A DNA stretch of 64,000 nt from a bacterium (GCA_023428375.1 JAEYYR010000002.1:302077-366076), one strand, 5' to 3'; positions 16,443 to 26,540 are shown, numbered from the stretch's first letter. Numbers and translations: made by a program. The notes: generated by a model not told the origin, from the sequence alone.

Positions 16443-19373
16443 TTACGGTCTCAGCAACTTAATTACTGCATAACAGCGATTATCAAGATTATCCGGATTA
16501 TTGCTTGCTTCCCATTTCCAGCAACGTGGACACTTGTGTCCATCGGCATGATGTGCAATAGCCGTAATACTTGGAAGTTGAGTTTCTTCAAGTCCTTCAA
16601 AAGAATCAACAACTTTAACCTGAGAAACAATCATATATTCAGTTAAAAAGTGTTCTAACGATGAATTCTTTTGCTTGAGAAGTTCTTGAAATTTTTGCAA
16701 CAAGCCATATTGCTTCATTTCTGATGAAATATGCACAACCAGTTTTGCTTCTAAAGAATGGTGAATAATGCCTTTTTCTCGCAATTCTTCAAGCTTTTTA
16801 AGCAAGGCACGACGAATTTCGCGTAACAAGGTCCATGTAGCATCTTGTTCAGCAGTGTACATAGAAGTATTAAGTGCTCGCATGGTATCTGGCAAATTAC
16901 CACTATATGCTCTTGGCATAAAATCCAACGGCATACTACGTGCAGTTTGATTATGTAGGAATTCAGCTACTTCAGGTAGCACTGCAAAATGTTGTAAGTG
17001 AATTGATTCATGATTTTTGCCTTGATATTCATCAGCTAACAATTCTGCTGTAAATGACATCACTGGCGCAATTAAACGCACTAATGTATCCAACAAATAG
17101 TAAATGGTCGTTTGTGCACTGCGACGCGCATGGCCATCAGCTTGATCGCAATATAAACGATCCTTTGCAATATCAAGATAATAAGAGCTTATATCATTTG
17201 AACAATAATCTGCCAATTCATGGAATACGCGGGTAGGTTGGTATTCAGAATAATAATTAATAAGTTCTTCGTTGAATGCATATAATTCACGCAATATGGA
17301 TTGATCCAAAGCAGGTAAATCTTCAACCGCTACTTTATCTTTTTCATGATCATAGTCATACAAATTCATTAAAAGCCCACGGCAGGTATTACGAATCTTG
17401 CGATATACTTCTGCTACGGTGGTTAATACACGTTCAGAAACTACGGCATCACCATCGTTACCAATACTTGCTACCCAGAGACGAAGTCCATCGGTGCCTA
17501 ATTTATCGATGATTTCTTGTGGAGCAATAACGTTACCCAAGGATTTAGACATTTTTTGTCCTTTACCATCAACGGTAAATCCATGAGTCATGATACCCTT
17601 CATTGCAGGTTGTTCTTCAAGAATCATGCTCGTGAGCAATGAGCTTTGGAACCATCCGCGATGCTGATCGATGCCTTCTAGGTATAAATCTGCGGGAAAA
17701 TGATGTTCTGGTAACAACACTGCATAATGTGAAACACCAGAATCAAACCAAACATCTAAAATATCTGTTTCTTTATAAAAGTTACTGGTTTTGCAGCGTG
17801 GGCAGTTGAGTTCTTTTGGCAAAACGTTTTCAAGTGGCACGCGGGTCCAGTATTCGATACCTTCTTTTGCTACTTGTTCAGCAACTTTATTGATAAATTC
17901 TTCGGATGTATACGCAAAATCGCAATCATGGCAGAGTAATGCCGGTATTGGCGTACCCCATGCACGTTGACGAGACAAACACCATTCCCAACGATTTTCA
18001 ACGGTCGCTTTTAAGAAATTTCTCCCTTGCTCAGGATGAAATTCAATGGAATTTATAGCTTGCACCGAACGTTCTTTTACCTGATCTTTGTTAAGGTTGA
18101 AGAACCATTGTGGGGTGGCGCGGAAAATCAAACCGCTATGACAGCGCCAACAGTGCGGATAGCTATGAGTAATGGATGCTTTATGAAATAAGCGGCCAAG
18201 TTCATGCAATTTTTTAATGACCCAAATTTGGCCGTCTGCCACGGGCATATCTTTTAATTCTTTGGGATTTATTTCTGCTGTGTATTTGCCATCAGGACTG
18301 ATCGGTGAATAGATTTCAAGATTATTTTTAACACCGATTTCATAGTCGATCGGGCCACAACCAGGTGCGCAATGTACGCAAGCAGTACCATCAGACAATC
18401 CCACTTCATCATCAAGGATGATCGGTACGTGAAGATCTGCAATAAATGGATGATGAACTTGAGCTCCTGCTAATTGCTCTGATTTTGCGGCAGCCTTAAT
18501 GTTCAATGGAACATTTTTAAGTGCCGCAATTGCCTCTGCGCGTTCTTTGGCCACTAAATAATAATTACCTTCGATTTCTAGAACGACATAATCTGTTTTT
18601 GGACGCAACATGACTGCGCGGTTAAGCGGCAAGGTCCATGGGGTGGTGGTCCAAACGATAAGATCGATCATGCCATCAATTTCAGGAAAAACTGAAGCTG
18701 CGGTTTTTGAGTTTAATCTAAAAAGTGCATAAACCGATGGGTCTTTGCGATCTTTGTATTCAATTTCTGCTGAAGCAAGTACCGTTTGATCGGAAGGACA
18801 CCAAGGAACGGTCTTATTTTTGCGTTCAATGCATTTTTGTGCAACAAATTGACCAAAAGCTTTGATGGTTGATGCCTCATAGCCATAATCCATGGTTATA
18901 TAAGGATTTTGCCAATCCATGATGATGCCAAGGCGCTTAAATTCTTCGCGCTGTACATTTATCCATTTGCCTGCATATTCGCGGCATAATTGTTGTAAAT
19001 GCGCACGAGACACTCCAGGATTTTCACCCGAAACTTTGTGTTCAATAGGCAATCCGTGGCAATCCCAACCCGGTTTTATAGGGGTATGGCATCCCATCAT
19101 GCGGTGGGATTTGGTTACGATATCTTTTAAAATTTTATTATACGCATGTCCGAGATGAATGTGGCCATTAGCATAGGGTGGACCATCATGCAAAATATAA
19201 GGGGTATTGCCCTCGTTTGCTTCCATCGCTTTTTCATAAAGCTTTGATTGTTCCCAGCGTACAATTAAAGCAGGGTCATCTTGAGCTGATTTTGGGCGGA
19301 TAGGAAAGTCTGTGTGGGGTAAATTTAATGTATCTTTGAAAGAAACAACAGCATCATTGTTGGTTGGTTCCAT
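16443..19373 (-). CDS. ileS: Isoleucyl-tRNA synthetase
   Basis: HIGH motif (PYANGHIHLGHAYNKI), KMSKS motif (KMSKSLGNVI), and a C-terminal Zn-binding CPRCWKW..C. The track start (19403) is a TTG; the ATG at 19373 gives the canonical MEPTNNDAVVSFKDTLNLP start. Confidence 0.92.
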   Translation of the reverse strand: MEPTNNDAVVSFKDTLNLPHTDFPIRPKSAQDDPALIVRWEQSKLYEKAMEANEGNTPYILHDGPPYANGHIHLGHAYNKILKDIVTKSHRMMGCHTPIKPGWDCHGLPIEHKVSGENPGVSRAHLQQLCREYAGKWINVQREEFKRLGIIMDWQNPYITMDYGYEASTIKAFGQFVAQKCIERKNKTVPWCPSDQTVLASAEIEYKDRKDPSVYALFRLNSKTAASVFPEIDGMIDLIVWTTTPWTLPLNRAVMLRPKTDYVVLEIEGNYYLVAKERAEAIAALKNVPLNIKAAAKSEQLAGAQVHHPFIADLHVPIILDDEVGLSDGTACVHCAPGCGPIDYEIGVKNNLEIYSPISPDGKYTAEINPKELKDMPVADGQIWVIKKLHELGRLFHKASITHSYPHCWRCHSGLIFRATPQWFFNLNKDQVKERSVQAINSIEFHPEQGRNFLKATVENRWEWCLSRQRAWGTPIPALLCHDCDFAYTSEEFINKVAEQVAKEGIEYWTRVPLENVLPKELNCPRCKTSNFYKETDILDVWFDSGVSHYAVLLPEHHFPADLYLEGIDQHRGWFQSSLLTSMILEEQPAMKGIMTHGFTVDGKGQKMSKSLGNVIAPQEIIDKLGTDGLRLWVASIGNDGDAVVSERVLTTVAEVYRKIRNTCRGLLMNLYDYDHEKDKVAVEDLPALDQSILRELYAFNEELINYYSEYQPTRVFHELADYCSNDISSYYLDIAKDRLYCDQADGHARRSAQTTIYYLLDTLVRLIAPVMSFTAELLADEYQGKNHESIHLQHFAVLPEVAEFLHNQTARSMPLDFMPRAYSGNLPDTMRALNTSMYTAEQDATWTLLREIRRALLKKLEELREKGIIHHSLEAKLVVHISSEMKQYGLLQKFQELLKQKNSSLEHFLTEYMIVSQVKVVDSFEGLEETQLPSITAIAHHADGHKCPRCWKWEASNNPDNLDNRCYAVIKLLRP

Positions 19374-19611
19374 GCATATCCTTAAAAGGGGCAAAATGTG
19401 CAAAATTAATGGAATAACGTATTGAATGTTACACTACCAGAGGTAGCTTATTGAGTAAATGGGTGGTTGCTTAAAATGATATGTCCCTGAAAGGGACAAT
19501 TTCACGCATGGACTGTTTCATATAATGCCTTAATAATAAACTCTAGAATATCATAAGCACTATCTTATGAAAAGTTGTGCGCCATTAAATTAATGTTTAC
19601 TGAAAGAATGG

Positions 19612-19923
19612 ATGAAAATATTAATTATTTTTTTTGTGGTGAGTAGGTGTTTTATATATTCAGCTGAAAAAATTTTTATTGAATGTCAAAATACCCGAAA
19701 TCAAATAATTTGGACCTTAATTGATTGTCAAAGAAGAAAAGCGTATGTAATTGAAGCCTCAAATGAAAAAATGACATATAGATTCATACGTTCTCATTCC
19801 GCTTGGCAATACAAAGGCAGGGATATTAATGCTCTGATTGATCAAATAGCTAAAGGCACGGATATGATCAATAATAGAAAACATAAACTTAATTTTTTTT
19901 GTCATATAGTAAAGTGTTCATAA
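19612..19923 (+). CDS. Small secreted protein, family A member 1
   Basis: Signal peptide MKILIIFFVVSRCFIYSA. Shares the RRKAYVIEASNEKMTYRF motif with four downstream paralogs. Confidence 0.5.
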   Translation: MKILIIFFVVSRCFIYSAEKIFIECQNTRNQIIWTLIDCQRRKAYVIEASNEKMTYRFIRSHSAWQYKGRDINALIDQIAKGTDMINNRKHKLNFFCHIVKCS

Positions 19924-20075
19924 TCTAATCCTGACGTGCCTTCTGCATAGGCTATTACATCCAAAGAAGTTTTGGGAATCTCTCTATCAAATAATGTTAT
20001 AGTGCCCTTTAGTTTTTTATAACAATTTACTATTTTAAAAGACAAAAAATCTGAATAAGTGTGAATGGAGTAACT

Positions 20076-20435
20076 ATGAAATATTTATGGTTAACGGCTA
20101 TTACGACCCATGTAGTGCTTTGTACTCAATTAGAACAAGAGATCACTATTGAGAAAATTAATAAGCAGTCGTGCACGCAATTCATTGTGACCGATCGCCA
20201 AGGCAGAAAGGCTTATATTGAAGGAGCTTCAACCCTATCGTCTTATGGCTATTATGGAGATCAATCATGGTATTATTTTGATCAATCTCTCGAGGAGCTA
20301 CGCAAACAATTTTGTTGCAATCAAGAATTTTATTCATTTTTTGATCGATTGCATGAGCATCAAAACCAAAATAATCCTTCGTTAAGGCAACAAGTAACGG
20401 GATATTTGAATTTGCTATGGCCAACACAAAAGTGA
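20076..20435 (+). CDS. Small secreted protein, family A member 2 (the track starts at a GTG at 20061)
   Basis: GGAG RBS. Signal peptide MKYLWLTAITTHVVLC. GRKAYIEGAST motif. Confidence 0.5.
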   Translation: MKYLWLTAITTHVVLCTQLEQEITIEKINKQSCTQFIVTDRQGRKAYIEGASTLSSYGYYGDQSWYYFDQSLEELRKQFCCNQEFYSFFDRLHEHQNQNNPSLRQQVTGYLNLLWPTQK

Positions 20436-20475
20436 AGTCGTTATCTGAAAAATTCCGTCTATAATCGGAGATATA

Positions 20476-20763
20476 ATGAAGTTATATTTCATATTCGCTA
20501 TACCCGTTTTATCAATCCAATGCACTGGCATGATACAATATTCAAAGCGTGATAACGCCTATTTACTTGATGACCAGGATCGGAGTATCGCTATTATCGA
20601 AAAAATAAAATCAAAAAAGGGCGAAAGAAAATATGTATTAGCCGCACATGAAACATGGCGCTATCAAAATAAAACAATGCGAGAATGGCGTACTGAATTT
20701 TCTTCAGATAAAGAATTAGTATCATTTTTCAAAAAATCATCAGTGTTGAGAATATTGAAGTAA
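20476..20763 (+). CDS. Small secreted protein, family A member 3
   Basis: GGAG RBS. Signal peptide MKLYFIFAIPVLSIQC. GERKYVLAAHETWRY motif. Confidence 0.5.
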   Translation: MKLYFIFAIPVLSIQCTGMIQYSKRDNAYLLDDQDRSIAIIEKIKSKKGERKYVLAAHETWRYQNKTMREWRTEFSSDKELVSFFKKSSVLRILK

Positions 20764-20833
20764 TTGTTTTTAAAAATATTTAATTTATCGATATAATTTT
20801 AATAATTATTATTTATATTCCTCTAAGGTTGTT

Positions 20834-21154
20834 ATGAAATATCTTTTTGCGTTCTTTTTTGCATTTGTAATTTTTAGTTCTGAAAATGATTCTTTTAAAG
20901 TTGATAAAATTCCTGCAGGCTGGATTACTTCTGCAAAGCCTCCACTTTTTTATAGTGGTGGATTCCGATTTATTGATAATAAGGGCCATAGAGCGCGAAT
21001 TGTTCAATTTACTACCAATGAATACTTGGTTTCATTTAATCCAAAGGCACAGTTTGAAATATTTGGAAAAAAAATTTCTGCATTCAGGCATCATGAATTG
21101 CCTTATTTGTATGATTTTGCAGAAAATATGTCGAAGCTCCAAAGTGAACTTTAA
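20834..21154 (+). CDS. Small secreted protein, family A member 4
   Basis: AAGGT RBS. Signal peptide MKYLFAFFFAFVIFSS. KGHRARIVQFTTNEY motif. Confidence 0.5.
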   Translation: MKYLFAFFFAFVIFSSENDSFKVDKIPAGWITSAKPPLFYSGGFRFIDNKGHRARIVQFTTNEYLVSFNPKAQFEIFGKKISAFRHHELPYLYDFAENMSKLQSEL

Positions 21155-21238
21155 TCATTTTTTATTGAAACATCGATTGACTTAAATAAGCGCTTGATTA
21201 TTCTTATCAGCTGTTATTTCGGTCAAAGGATAGTTGTT

Positions 21239-21559
21239 ATGAAAAATTTTCTTATAGTTAGTTTGATATCTTTAGTTGCATATGCATCTGAAAAGAATGA
21301 AAAATTTGATAATGGAAATCCTTATTTTGACATCGTGACTTATGTTAATACGGATACAAAGGGACATCGTGCGTTTGCTTGTGTAACCACCAGCAAGGAA
21401 GATGGGACTATTCTTAATACAACGATAAAAAAAAATAATCTTCTTTGGACCAGTTTTGATGGACAATCCCAGGAGCAAATTTCAAGCAATATTCCATTAA
21501 TCATGTGGACATGGCTGGAAAAACGTTATAAAGATACGCATCTAGAAGAAAAGCAATAA
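21239..21559 (+). CDS. Small secreted protein, family A member 5 (the track starts at a TTG at 21194)
   Basis: AAGGA RBS. Signal peptide MKNFLIVSLISLVAYAS. KGHRAFACVTTSKEDG motif. Confidence 0.5.
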   Translation: MKNFLIVSLISLVAYASEKNEKFDNGNPYFDIVTYVNTDTKGHRAFACVTTSKEDGTILNTTIKKNNLLWTSFDGQSQEQISSNIPLIMWTWLEKRYKDTHLEEKQ

Positions 21560-21570
21560 AATAGTATTTT

Positions 21571-21600
21571 AAGCGGAATACATCTTCCGCTTTTTTCTTT
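21571..21600 (+). terminator. Rho-independent terminator after the family A array
   Basis: AAGCGGAA-tacatc-TTCCGCTT hairpin followed by TTTTTTCTTT. Confidence 0.6.
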
Positions 21601-21645
21601 TTAAACCATACTTATTACCATGATTAATGTTATGTGGGATATTCG

Positions 21646-22989
21646 ATGATTGGTATTTGGGGTTTTGGTGTTGTTGGCAAATCATTTGCGCGTTATTTTA
21701 TTGCGCAAAATCAAGAAATTATGGTTTTTGATAAAAAGACTTTATCTGAAGCTGATCAACAATGGTTGCGTGAAAATACTATTGCATACGACCCCGAAGT
21801 TTCATTGGAATCATTTTTACAACGATGCACGAGCATCGTCCCGAGTCCCGGTATAGATTTACGACCATACAAAGAATACTTTCACAAGTTTATTCATGAA
21901 CTTGATCTATTTTATTTAAAATGGCGTGCTGACAATTGCAAAACACCTATTATTGCAATAACCGGCACCATGGGAAAAACATCCACAACCCATCTATTAT
22001 CCGAATGTCTTCGCGCTGCGGGAAAACGAGTAGTGACTGGTGGTAATATTGGTACGGCGCTTATTGATTTATTACCGAACAGATTTGACGTCGATTATTA
22101 TGTCATTGAACTATCAAGCTTTCAGCTTGAATATGCTCAACAATTTGCTCCTGATATTGCTTTGTGGACCAATTTATATCCTAAGCATCTGGATCGTCAC
22201 GAGAACATGCACAATTATTTTGCAGCAAAATATAATATTATGGCGCATCAAAGCCCCGAGCACATTTCGATCATTCCTTTGGATTTATTGGAAAAAATTG
22301 AGAATAATAAAAATTCTCAATCAAGAAAGATATATTGGTCTGAGAATCTTCTGCCGCAAGATGTTCATGGATATGAAGTTGTTAATCGTACTATTATACG
22401 AAAAGCAGATGATCTTATGCCAATGGTGCATCAGTCCGAATTGCCCTCAACTACATTCTTTTCAAATTGGGTTCTCATCATTGCCACTCTCGATACCATC
22501 GGTATCGATTTTAAACCCTTGTTTTTGAATCACGCGTTTGCTATTCCTGAGCATCGAGGTGAATGCATTGCTGAGGTTAATGGAGTGAAATATTTTGATG
22601 ATTCAAAAGCAACGTTGTTTGAGGCAACTTTAAAAGCAATTGAACGATTAGAGCAAATGCCTTTGATTGTTTTGATTGGTGGTATAAGTGAAAATAACGA
22701 TCGATTGTCACAAATTCCGCTGTTTAAAAACAAAGTCGTCGCACTGGTATGTTTTGGTGCAGAAGCTGATGAACTGGCGCATGCGGCGCAGCAAGCACAA
22801 ATTACTGCTACATCTCATAAGACGCTCGAAGAGGCAGTCTTATACGCACGCAGTATAGCGCGCCAGGGATTTGGTATTTTATTATCTCCCGGTGGTCCAA
22901 GCTATGATTTATTCAATAATTATCAAGAGCGCGCTCAACGGTTTCGCTCACTAGTTCTTGACGCTCCGCGTGCAAGTCAAGTAGGGTGA
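21646..22989 (+). CDS. murD: UDP-N-acetylmuramoylalanine--D-glutamate ligase
   Basis: MIGIWGFGVVGKS N-terminal Rossmann motif and IAITGTMGKTSTTHLL Mur-ligase ATP motif. A GTG alternative start lies at 21634. Followed by ftsW as in dcw clusters. Confidence 0.85.
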   Translation: MIGIWGFGVVGKSFARYFIAQNQEIMVFDKKTLSEADQQWLRENTIAYDPEVSLESFLQRCTSIVPSPGIDLRPYKEYFHKFIHELDLFYLKWRADNCKTPIIAITGTMGKTSTTHLLSECLRAAGKRVVTGGNIGTALIDLLPNRFDVDYYVIELSSFQLEYAQQFAPDIALWTNLYPKHLDRHENMHNYFAAKYNIMAHQSPEHISIIPLDLLEKIENNKNSQSRKIYWSENLLPQDVHGYEVVNRTIIRKADDLMPMVHQSELPSTTFFSNWVLIIATLDTIGIDFKPLFLNHAFAIPEHRGECIAEVNGVKYFDDSKATLFEATLKAIERLEQMPLIVLIGGISENNDRLSQIPLFKNKVVALVCFGAEADELAHAAQQAQITATSHKTLEEAVLYARSIARQGFGILLSPGGPSYDLFNNYQERAQRFRSLVLDAPRASQVG

Positions 22990-23034
22990 TTGCAGGGTTT
23001 GTTAATCCCGCACATCATTTTTTTGGAGCGTTGC

Positions 23035-24117
23035 ATGCGACGATTATCAAATGCAATTTCATTATTAATAATTATCGCTGCATTACTCACCTGTATTGGG
23101 CTTATTGGAATTTATTCTTCAAGCTCCGTATTTGCCATGGAGCGTTTTGGTTCTGCCGATTTTTTTCTAAAGAAACAGTTGGTTGGATTGGTTTTAGGAT
23201 TGCTCGCAGCATTATTTTGTGCATATATTCCTTCGCACATGATTCAAAAATTAACACCCATTTTTTATGTAGGGTCATTGTTTTTGACTATTGCCACGCT
23301 AATACCTGGCGTTGGTATGCATATTCATGGATCGCAACGATGGCTACGATTGGGATTTTTTGCTTTTCAGCCCAGTGAATTACTCAAAGTTGCTACTATT
23401 TTGTACGGGGCATTTTTGTTATCTAAACACCACTTAGAACTTAATACATTTCGCAAAGGTTTGTTGCCAGTACTGTGTATTACGGGGATAACATGCATTA
23501 CATTGCTCTTGCAACCAGACTTTGGGCAAGCCGTTGCCATTGGAAGCACTATGCTCATTATGGCTTTTATCGCTGGGGTGCAAATGAAGGCGTTAGCATA
23601 CATAGCATTACCTACGATACCAATGGTGTGTATGTTGGTGTATTTAAAAGCCTATCGTTTTAAACGTATTTTAATTTTCTTGAATCCATGGGCGGATCCG
23701 CAAGGCTCAGGATTTCAAATCATTCAGAGTTTAATAGCTATTGGTTCTGGGGGATGGTTTGGGCTTGGAATTGCCCAATCTAAACAGAAGTTTTTTTATT
23801 TGCCGATGCAGCATACTGATTTTATTTTTTCCATCATTGCGGAAGAAACAGGAATTGTAGGATCGTTGTTTATAGTATTTCTGTATTGTGCGTTGTTATA
23901 TGCGGGAATCCGCGTTGCAAGACATGCAAAAAGTACGTTTGCGTATTTAGTGATTGTGGGATGTATTACGTTATTGAGTTTGCAAGCTGTGTTGAATATT
24001 TGTGTAGTGACAGGCCTACTCCCAACTAAGGGAATAGGCCTGCCATTTATAAGCTATGGTAAGTCAGCACTCATTGTCGATTGGCTTATGATCGGCTTGA
24101 TCGCTGGTCTTTTTTGA
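23035..24117 (+). CDS. ftsW: SEDS-family cell division protein FtsW
   Basis: Ten-TM SEDS protein (GSQRWLRLGFFAFQPSELLK; FIFSIIAEETG). Lies downstream of murD. The track start at 22990 is a TTG; the first ATG is at 23035. Confidence 0.8.
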   Translation: MRRLSNAISLLIIIAALLTCIGLIGIYSSSSVFAMERFGSADFFLKKQLVGLVLGLLAALFCAYIPSHMIQKLTPIFYVGSLFLTIATLIPGVGMHIHGSQRWLRLGFFAFQPSELLKVATILYGAFLLSKHHLELNTFRKGLLPVLCITGITCITLLLQPDFGQAVAIGSTMLIMAFIAGVQMKALAYIALPTIPMVCMLVYLKAYRFKRILIFLNPWADPQGSGFQIIQSLIAIGSGGWFGLGIAQSKQKFFYLPMQHTDFIFSIIAEETGIVGSLFIVFLYCALLYAGIRVARHAKSTFAYLVIVGCITLLSLQAVLNICVVTGLLPTKGIGLPFISYGKSALIVDWLMIGLIAGLF

Positions 24118-25027
24118 AATCATTAGCCATTTTAAATAAATCTTTCTGAGTTTTGTTAAGAGTAGATTTATTATATGCTGGTGTTGTTAGCAATTTTTTA
24201 GCAAGTAAGTTTGATATATGGACTGATGATGTCGATTCTATTTCTTGCTTTTTAAAGAGGTTATATACTATGTCTGCAAAGACGCCCATGCTCGTTTGAT
24301 GCTGAGGTTTATAGCCTTGAGCCATTATTTTTTGAACCAGGCTAGATTGTTGAAATTCTTTAATCGATTTTGACTGACGCTCTGTATAAACATTATTTGC
24401 AATTGCCGTAACAGCTTCTTCATCTAAAGACTTAGATCTATCGATATTGAACATTATTTCGCGTTTAGCAGTTTCGCATGCTATCAATAATTTTTCAGTT
24501 CTATCTTCTTTCAACGCTAATGTTTCAGCGAACGAATAAATTTCAGAATTTTTTGCATTCACTTTTTCTAAGATAATATTTTGCGCTTTTAATTGATCAT
24601 TGCAGTCTTGTTGCCAATCACTTAATCCGGAGTTGATCTTGTATATTTCGCCTTCGACTCTTTCTTTGGTGCTTTGATCAATATGTGTTTTTATTTTTTG
24701 ATCGCAATCTTTTGCCCAATTACTAAAATCACTTTCGAATTGAACATAAGTAGAATTGAATTTTTCTTCAAGAGATGCGACCTTTTCTTGTGTTGCTGTA
24801 ATTTTTGTTTCACAACTACAGGTATTTGTTGAAGTTTGTTTTTGGTTGTTCTTTTTGATCATATACCAACAACCAGTCCAAGAAGCAGCTATTGTGCCAA
24901 GTCCAATTGATAAATTTGTAGCATTTTGTCCAATCCATGATTGTACTGATGCTATGAAATTTTCATCAGCATGCATCAATGGCTGAATGCTTAATAATAA
25001 GAATACTAAATAATGTAATGTTTTCAT
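24086..25027 (-). CDS. Membrane-anchored coiled-coil protein (paralog trio member)
   Basis: Signal peptide MKTLHYLVFLLLSIQPLMHA, then a S.WI motif, a TM segment and a long heptad-rich region. Its 3' end overlaps the ftsW 3' end by 32 nt. Confidence 0.5.
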   Translation of the reverse strand: MKTLHYLVFLLLSIQPLMHADENFIASVQSWIGQNATNLSIGLGTIAASWTGCWYMIKKNNQKQTSTNTCSCETKITATQEKVASLEEKFNSTYVQFESDFSNWAKDCDQKIKTHIDQSTKERVEGEIYKINSGLSDWQQDCNDQLKAQNIILEKVNAKNSEIYSFAETLALKEDRTEKLLIACETAKREIMFNIDRSKSLDEEAVTAIANNVYTERQSKSIKEFQQSSLVQKIMAQGYKPQHQTSMGVFADIVYNLFKKQEIESTSSVHISNLLAKKLLTTPAYNKSTLNKTQKDLFKMANDFKKDQRSSRS

Positions 25028-25830
25028 TATTTTTTCCCCATTATTGTAAAAAATTTGTCTAATTTATGATCTAATAGTTCAAGATCTATTGCGTTAAAAG
25101 TGTTATCATAATGTTTGCTAATTGTATCAGTTACTGATTTCTTAAATGCAAACATTTGTTTGTTGTTATCTTTTACAAATGACTCATACTCATCAATTAT
25201 TCTGTTCATTCCATCTATTTGTGATTGCTCTAATGAATCAATTCTTTTTTGTAATTTCGAATTAGTCCTTTTTAGTGATATAAATTCAGATACAAGTATC
25301 TGATTCTGTGCCATTTTATTAAGAGTGAATGAAGAATTACTAATCTGATTTTGTAAGTTGAGCGTTGATCTATTTATTCTATTATTTAAATTAGTTACTT
25401 TTTTTTGGGTTTTCCATGATTGAGATTCAAAAGCGTTTATGCGAGAATTTTGCTTGAGTGTCGCAGCTTCGAGATCTCTTATCTTAAAATTATTTGAAAC
25501 ATGATATAGTTGGAGCATGGCATTTGTATCTTCAAGCTCACATTTTTGCTCGGTATGCGAGGCTTTTAATTCTTTAAGATCTGTTTTATATTTTTCTAAT
25601 TTTTGTCGTTGAATTCTTGATTGTTTCTTTAATTTTTTTACTTGCGAATTTAATGTGTTTAAATCCGTAACTTCATCTGAGTCATCAGATATAAGATAAA
25701 GCAGGGATGTAAATGTCACAAAACCTAATGCTGGTTTTATCCAGCCACTAATCGTATTAAAGAGATTGTTTTCTGCCGATATATGATTAAATGGCAAAGC
25801 TACAGCAAGAATTAATATAAACTTTTTCAT
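25027..25830 (-). CDS. Membrane-anchored coiled-coil protein (paralog trio member)
   Basis: Signal peptide MKKFILILAVALPFNHISA and NTISGWIKPALGFVTFTSLLYLI, then coiled coil. 1-nt overlap with the downstream gene. Confidence 0.5.
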   Translation of the reverse strand: MKKFILILAVALPFNHISAENNLFNTISGWIKPALGFVTFTSLLYLISDDSDEVTDLNTLNSQVKKLKKQSRIQRQKLEKYKTDLKELKASHTEQKCELEDTNAMLQLYHVSNNFKIRDLEAATLKQNSRINAFESQSWKTQKKVTNLNNRINRSTLNLQNQISNSSFTLNKMAQNQILVSEFISLKRTNSKLQKRIDSLEQSQIDGMNRIIDEYESFVKDNNKQMFAFKKSVTDTISKHYDNTFNAIDLELLDHKLDKFFTIMGKK

Positions 25831-25973
25831 ATTTCACCTACAATCTATTACTTGAATTTATTTTATCATAATAGAAATATTTCACAATGTTTATACTGTA
25901 AATATAGGCTTTTTTCAGATAAAGAGGGATTTTGCATTGAAATATTATTAGTTTTTTATGTTTACTAATAGAT

Positions 25974-26007
25974 GGATGATTGTGAGATAACTAAATCACA
26001 ATCATCC
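25974..26007. promoter_or_regulatory. Perfect 12-bp inverted repeat (GGATGATTGTGA-n10-TCACAATCATCC) in an intergenic region
   Basis: Read directly. Lies upstream of the 25830 start and downstream of the 26028 stop. No T-run follows, so this is more operator-like than terminator-like. Confidence 0.4.
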
Positions 26008-26027
26008 CAAGGATGTAAGATTAGCTG

Positions 26028-26507
26028 TTATATATTTTTATTTTGTTTCTCAAAAATATGTACTACATAATCGCCAATTGAAGCATTATGGTCATTGCCA
26101 TATTTAGTATTAAGATGTTTAGCAAGATATTGTTGGCTCAATACATAAGATTTTATGGCAAAAACTTCTTCTTGCATTTGACTCAATGAATTAATCTCAT
26201 TTTCGCACCATGTGAAAAAGATTGGATGCGCCAATGATAAAGCCTTGCTTTTCTGAAATAATGTCCATTTAGGCAAAGTATTTTTTTCGTTTTTGTTTTT
26301 GAGAGATATAACTTCATTTTTTAAGTTTTGTATTTCTTTGCTTTTTTGGTAATCATGATAAAAAAGATAGCTGAACCCCAATCCTATAGCGCCACCATAT
26401 AGTGTTTGGGGTGTTGCACATTCAAGCAATTTGGTGCAGTAATCAAAAAAATTAGCTTGAAGTGATGAGATGAAAACTAATGAAATAATACAATATTTGT
26501 TTAACAT
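26028..26507 (-). CDS. Membrane-anchored coiled-coil protein (third trio member)
   Basis: Signal-like MLNKYCIISLVFISSLQA, then GGAIGLGFSYLFY and a coiled-coil segment EIQNLKNEVISLKNKNEKN. Confidence 0.45.
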   Translation of the reverse strand: MLNKYCIISLVFISSLQANFFDYCTKLLECATPQTLYGGAIGLGFSYLFYHDYQKSKEIQNLKNEVISLKNKNEKNTLPKWTLFQKSKALSLAHPIFFTWCENEINSLSQMQEEVFAIKSYVLSQQYLAKHLNTKYGNDHNASIGDYVVHIFEKQNKNI

Positions 26508-26540
26508 AATGATTTACTTATATGGTTAAAATTGTGGTAT

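Noticed and set aside
19404-19611. Possible T-box riboswitch leader upstream of ileS (GGGTGG at 19461-19466; hairpin TGTCCC-tgaaa-GGGACA at 19483-19499)
   Set aside because: The GGGTGG motif is on the plus strand whereas ileS is on the minus strand. No AATTAGGGTGGNACCGCG-like sequence is present in the correct orientation. The hairpin may be a simple structural element or attenuator, but no specifier/antiterminator architecture could be traced.
22040-22733. ORFs 22040-22528(+) and 22530-22733(-) within murD
   Set aside because: Alternative-frame or antisense ORFs inside a highly conserved Mur ligase gene.
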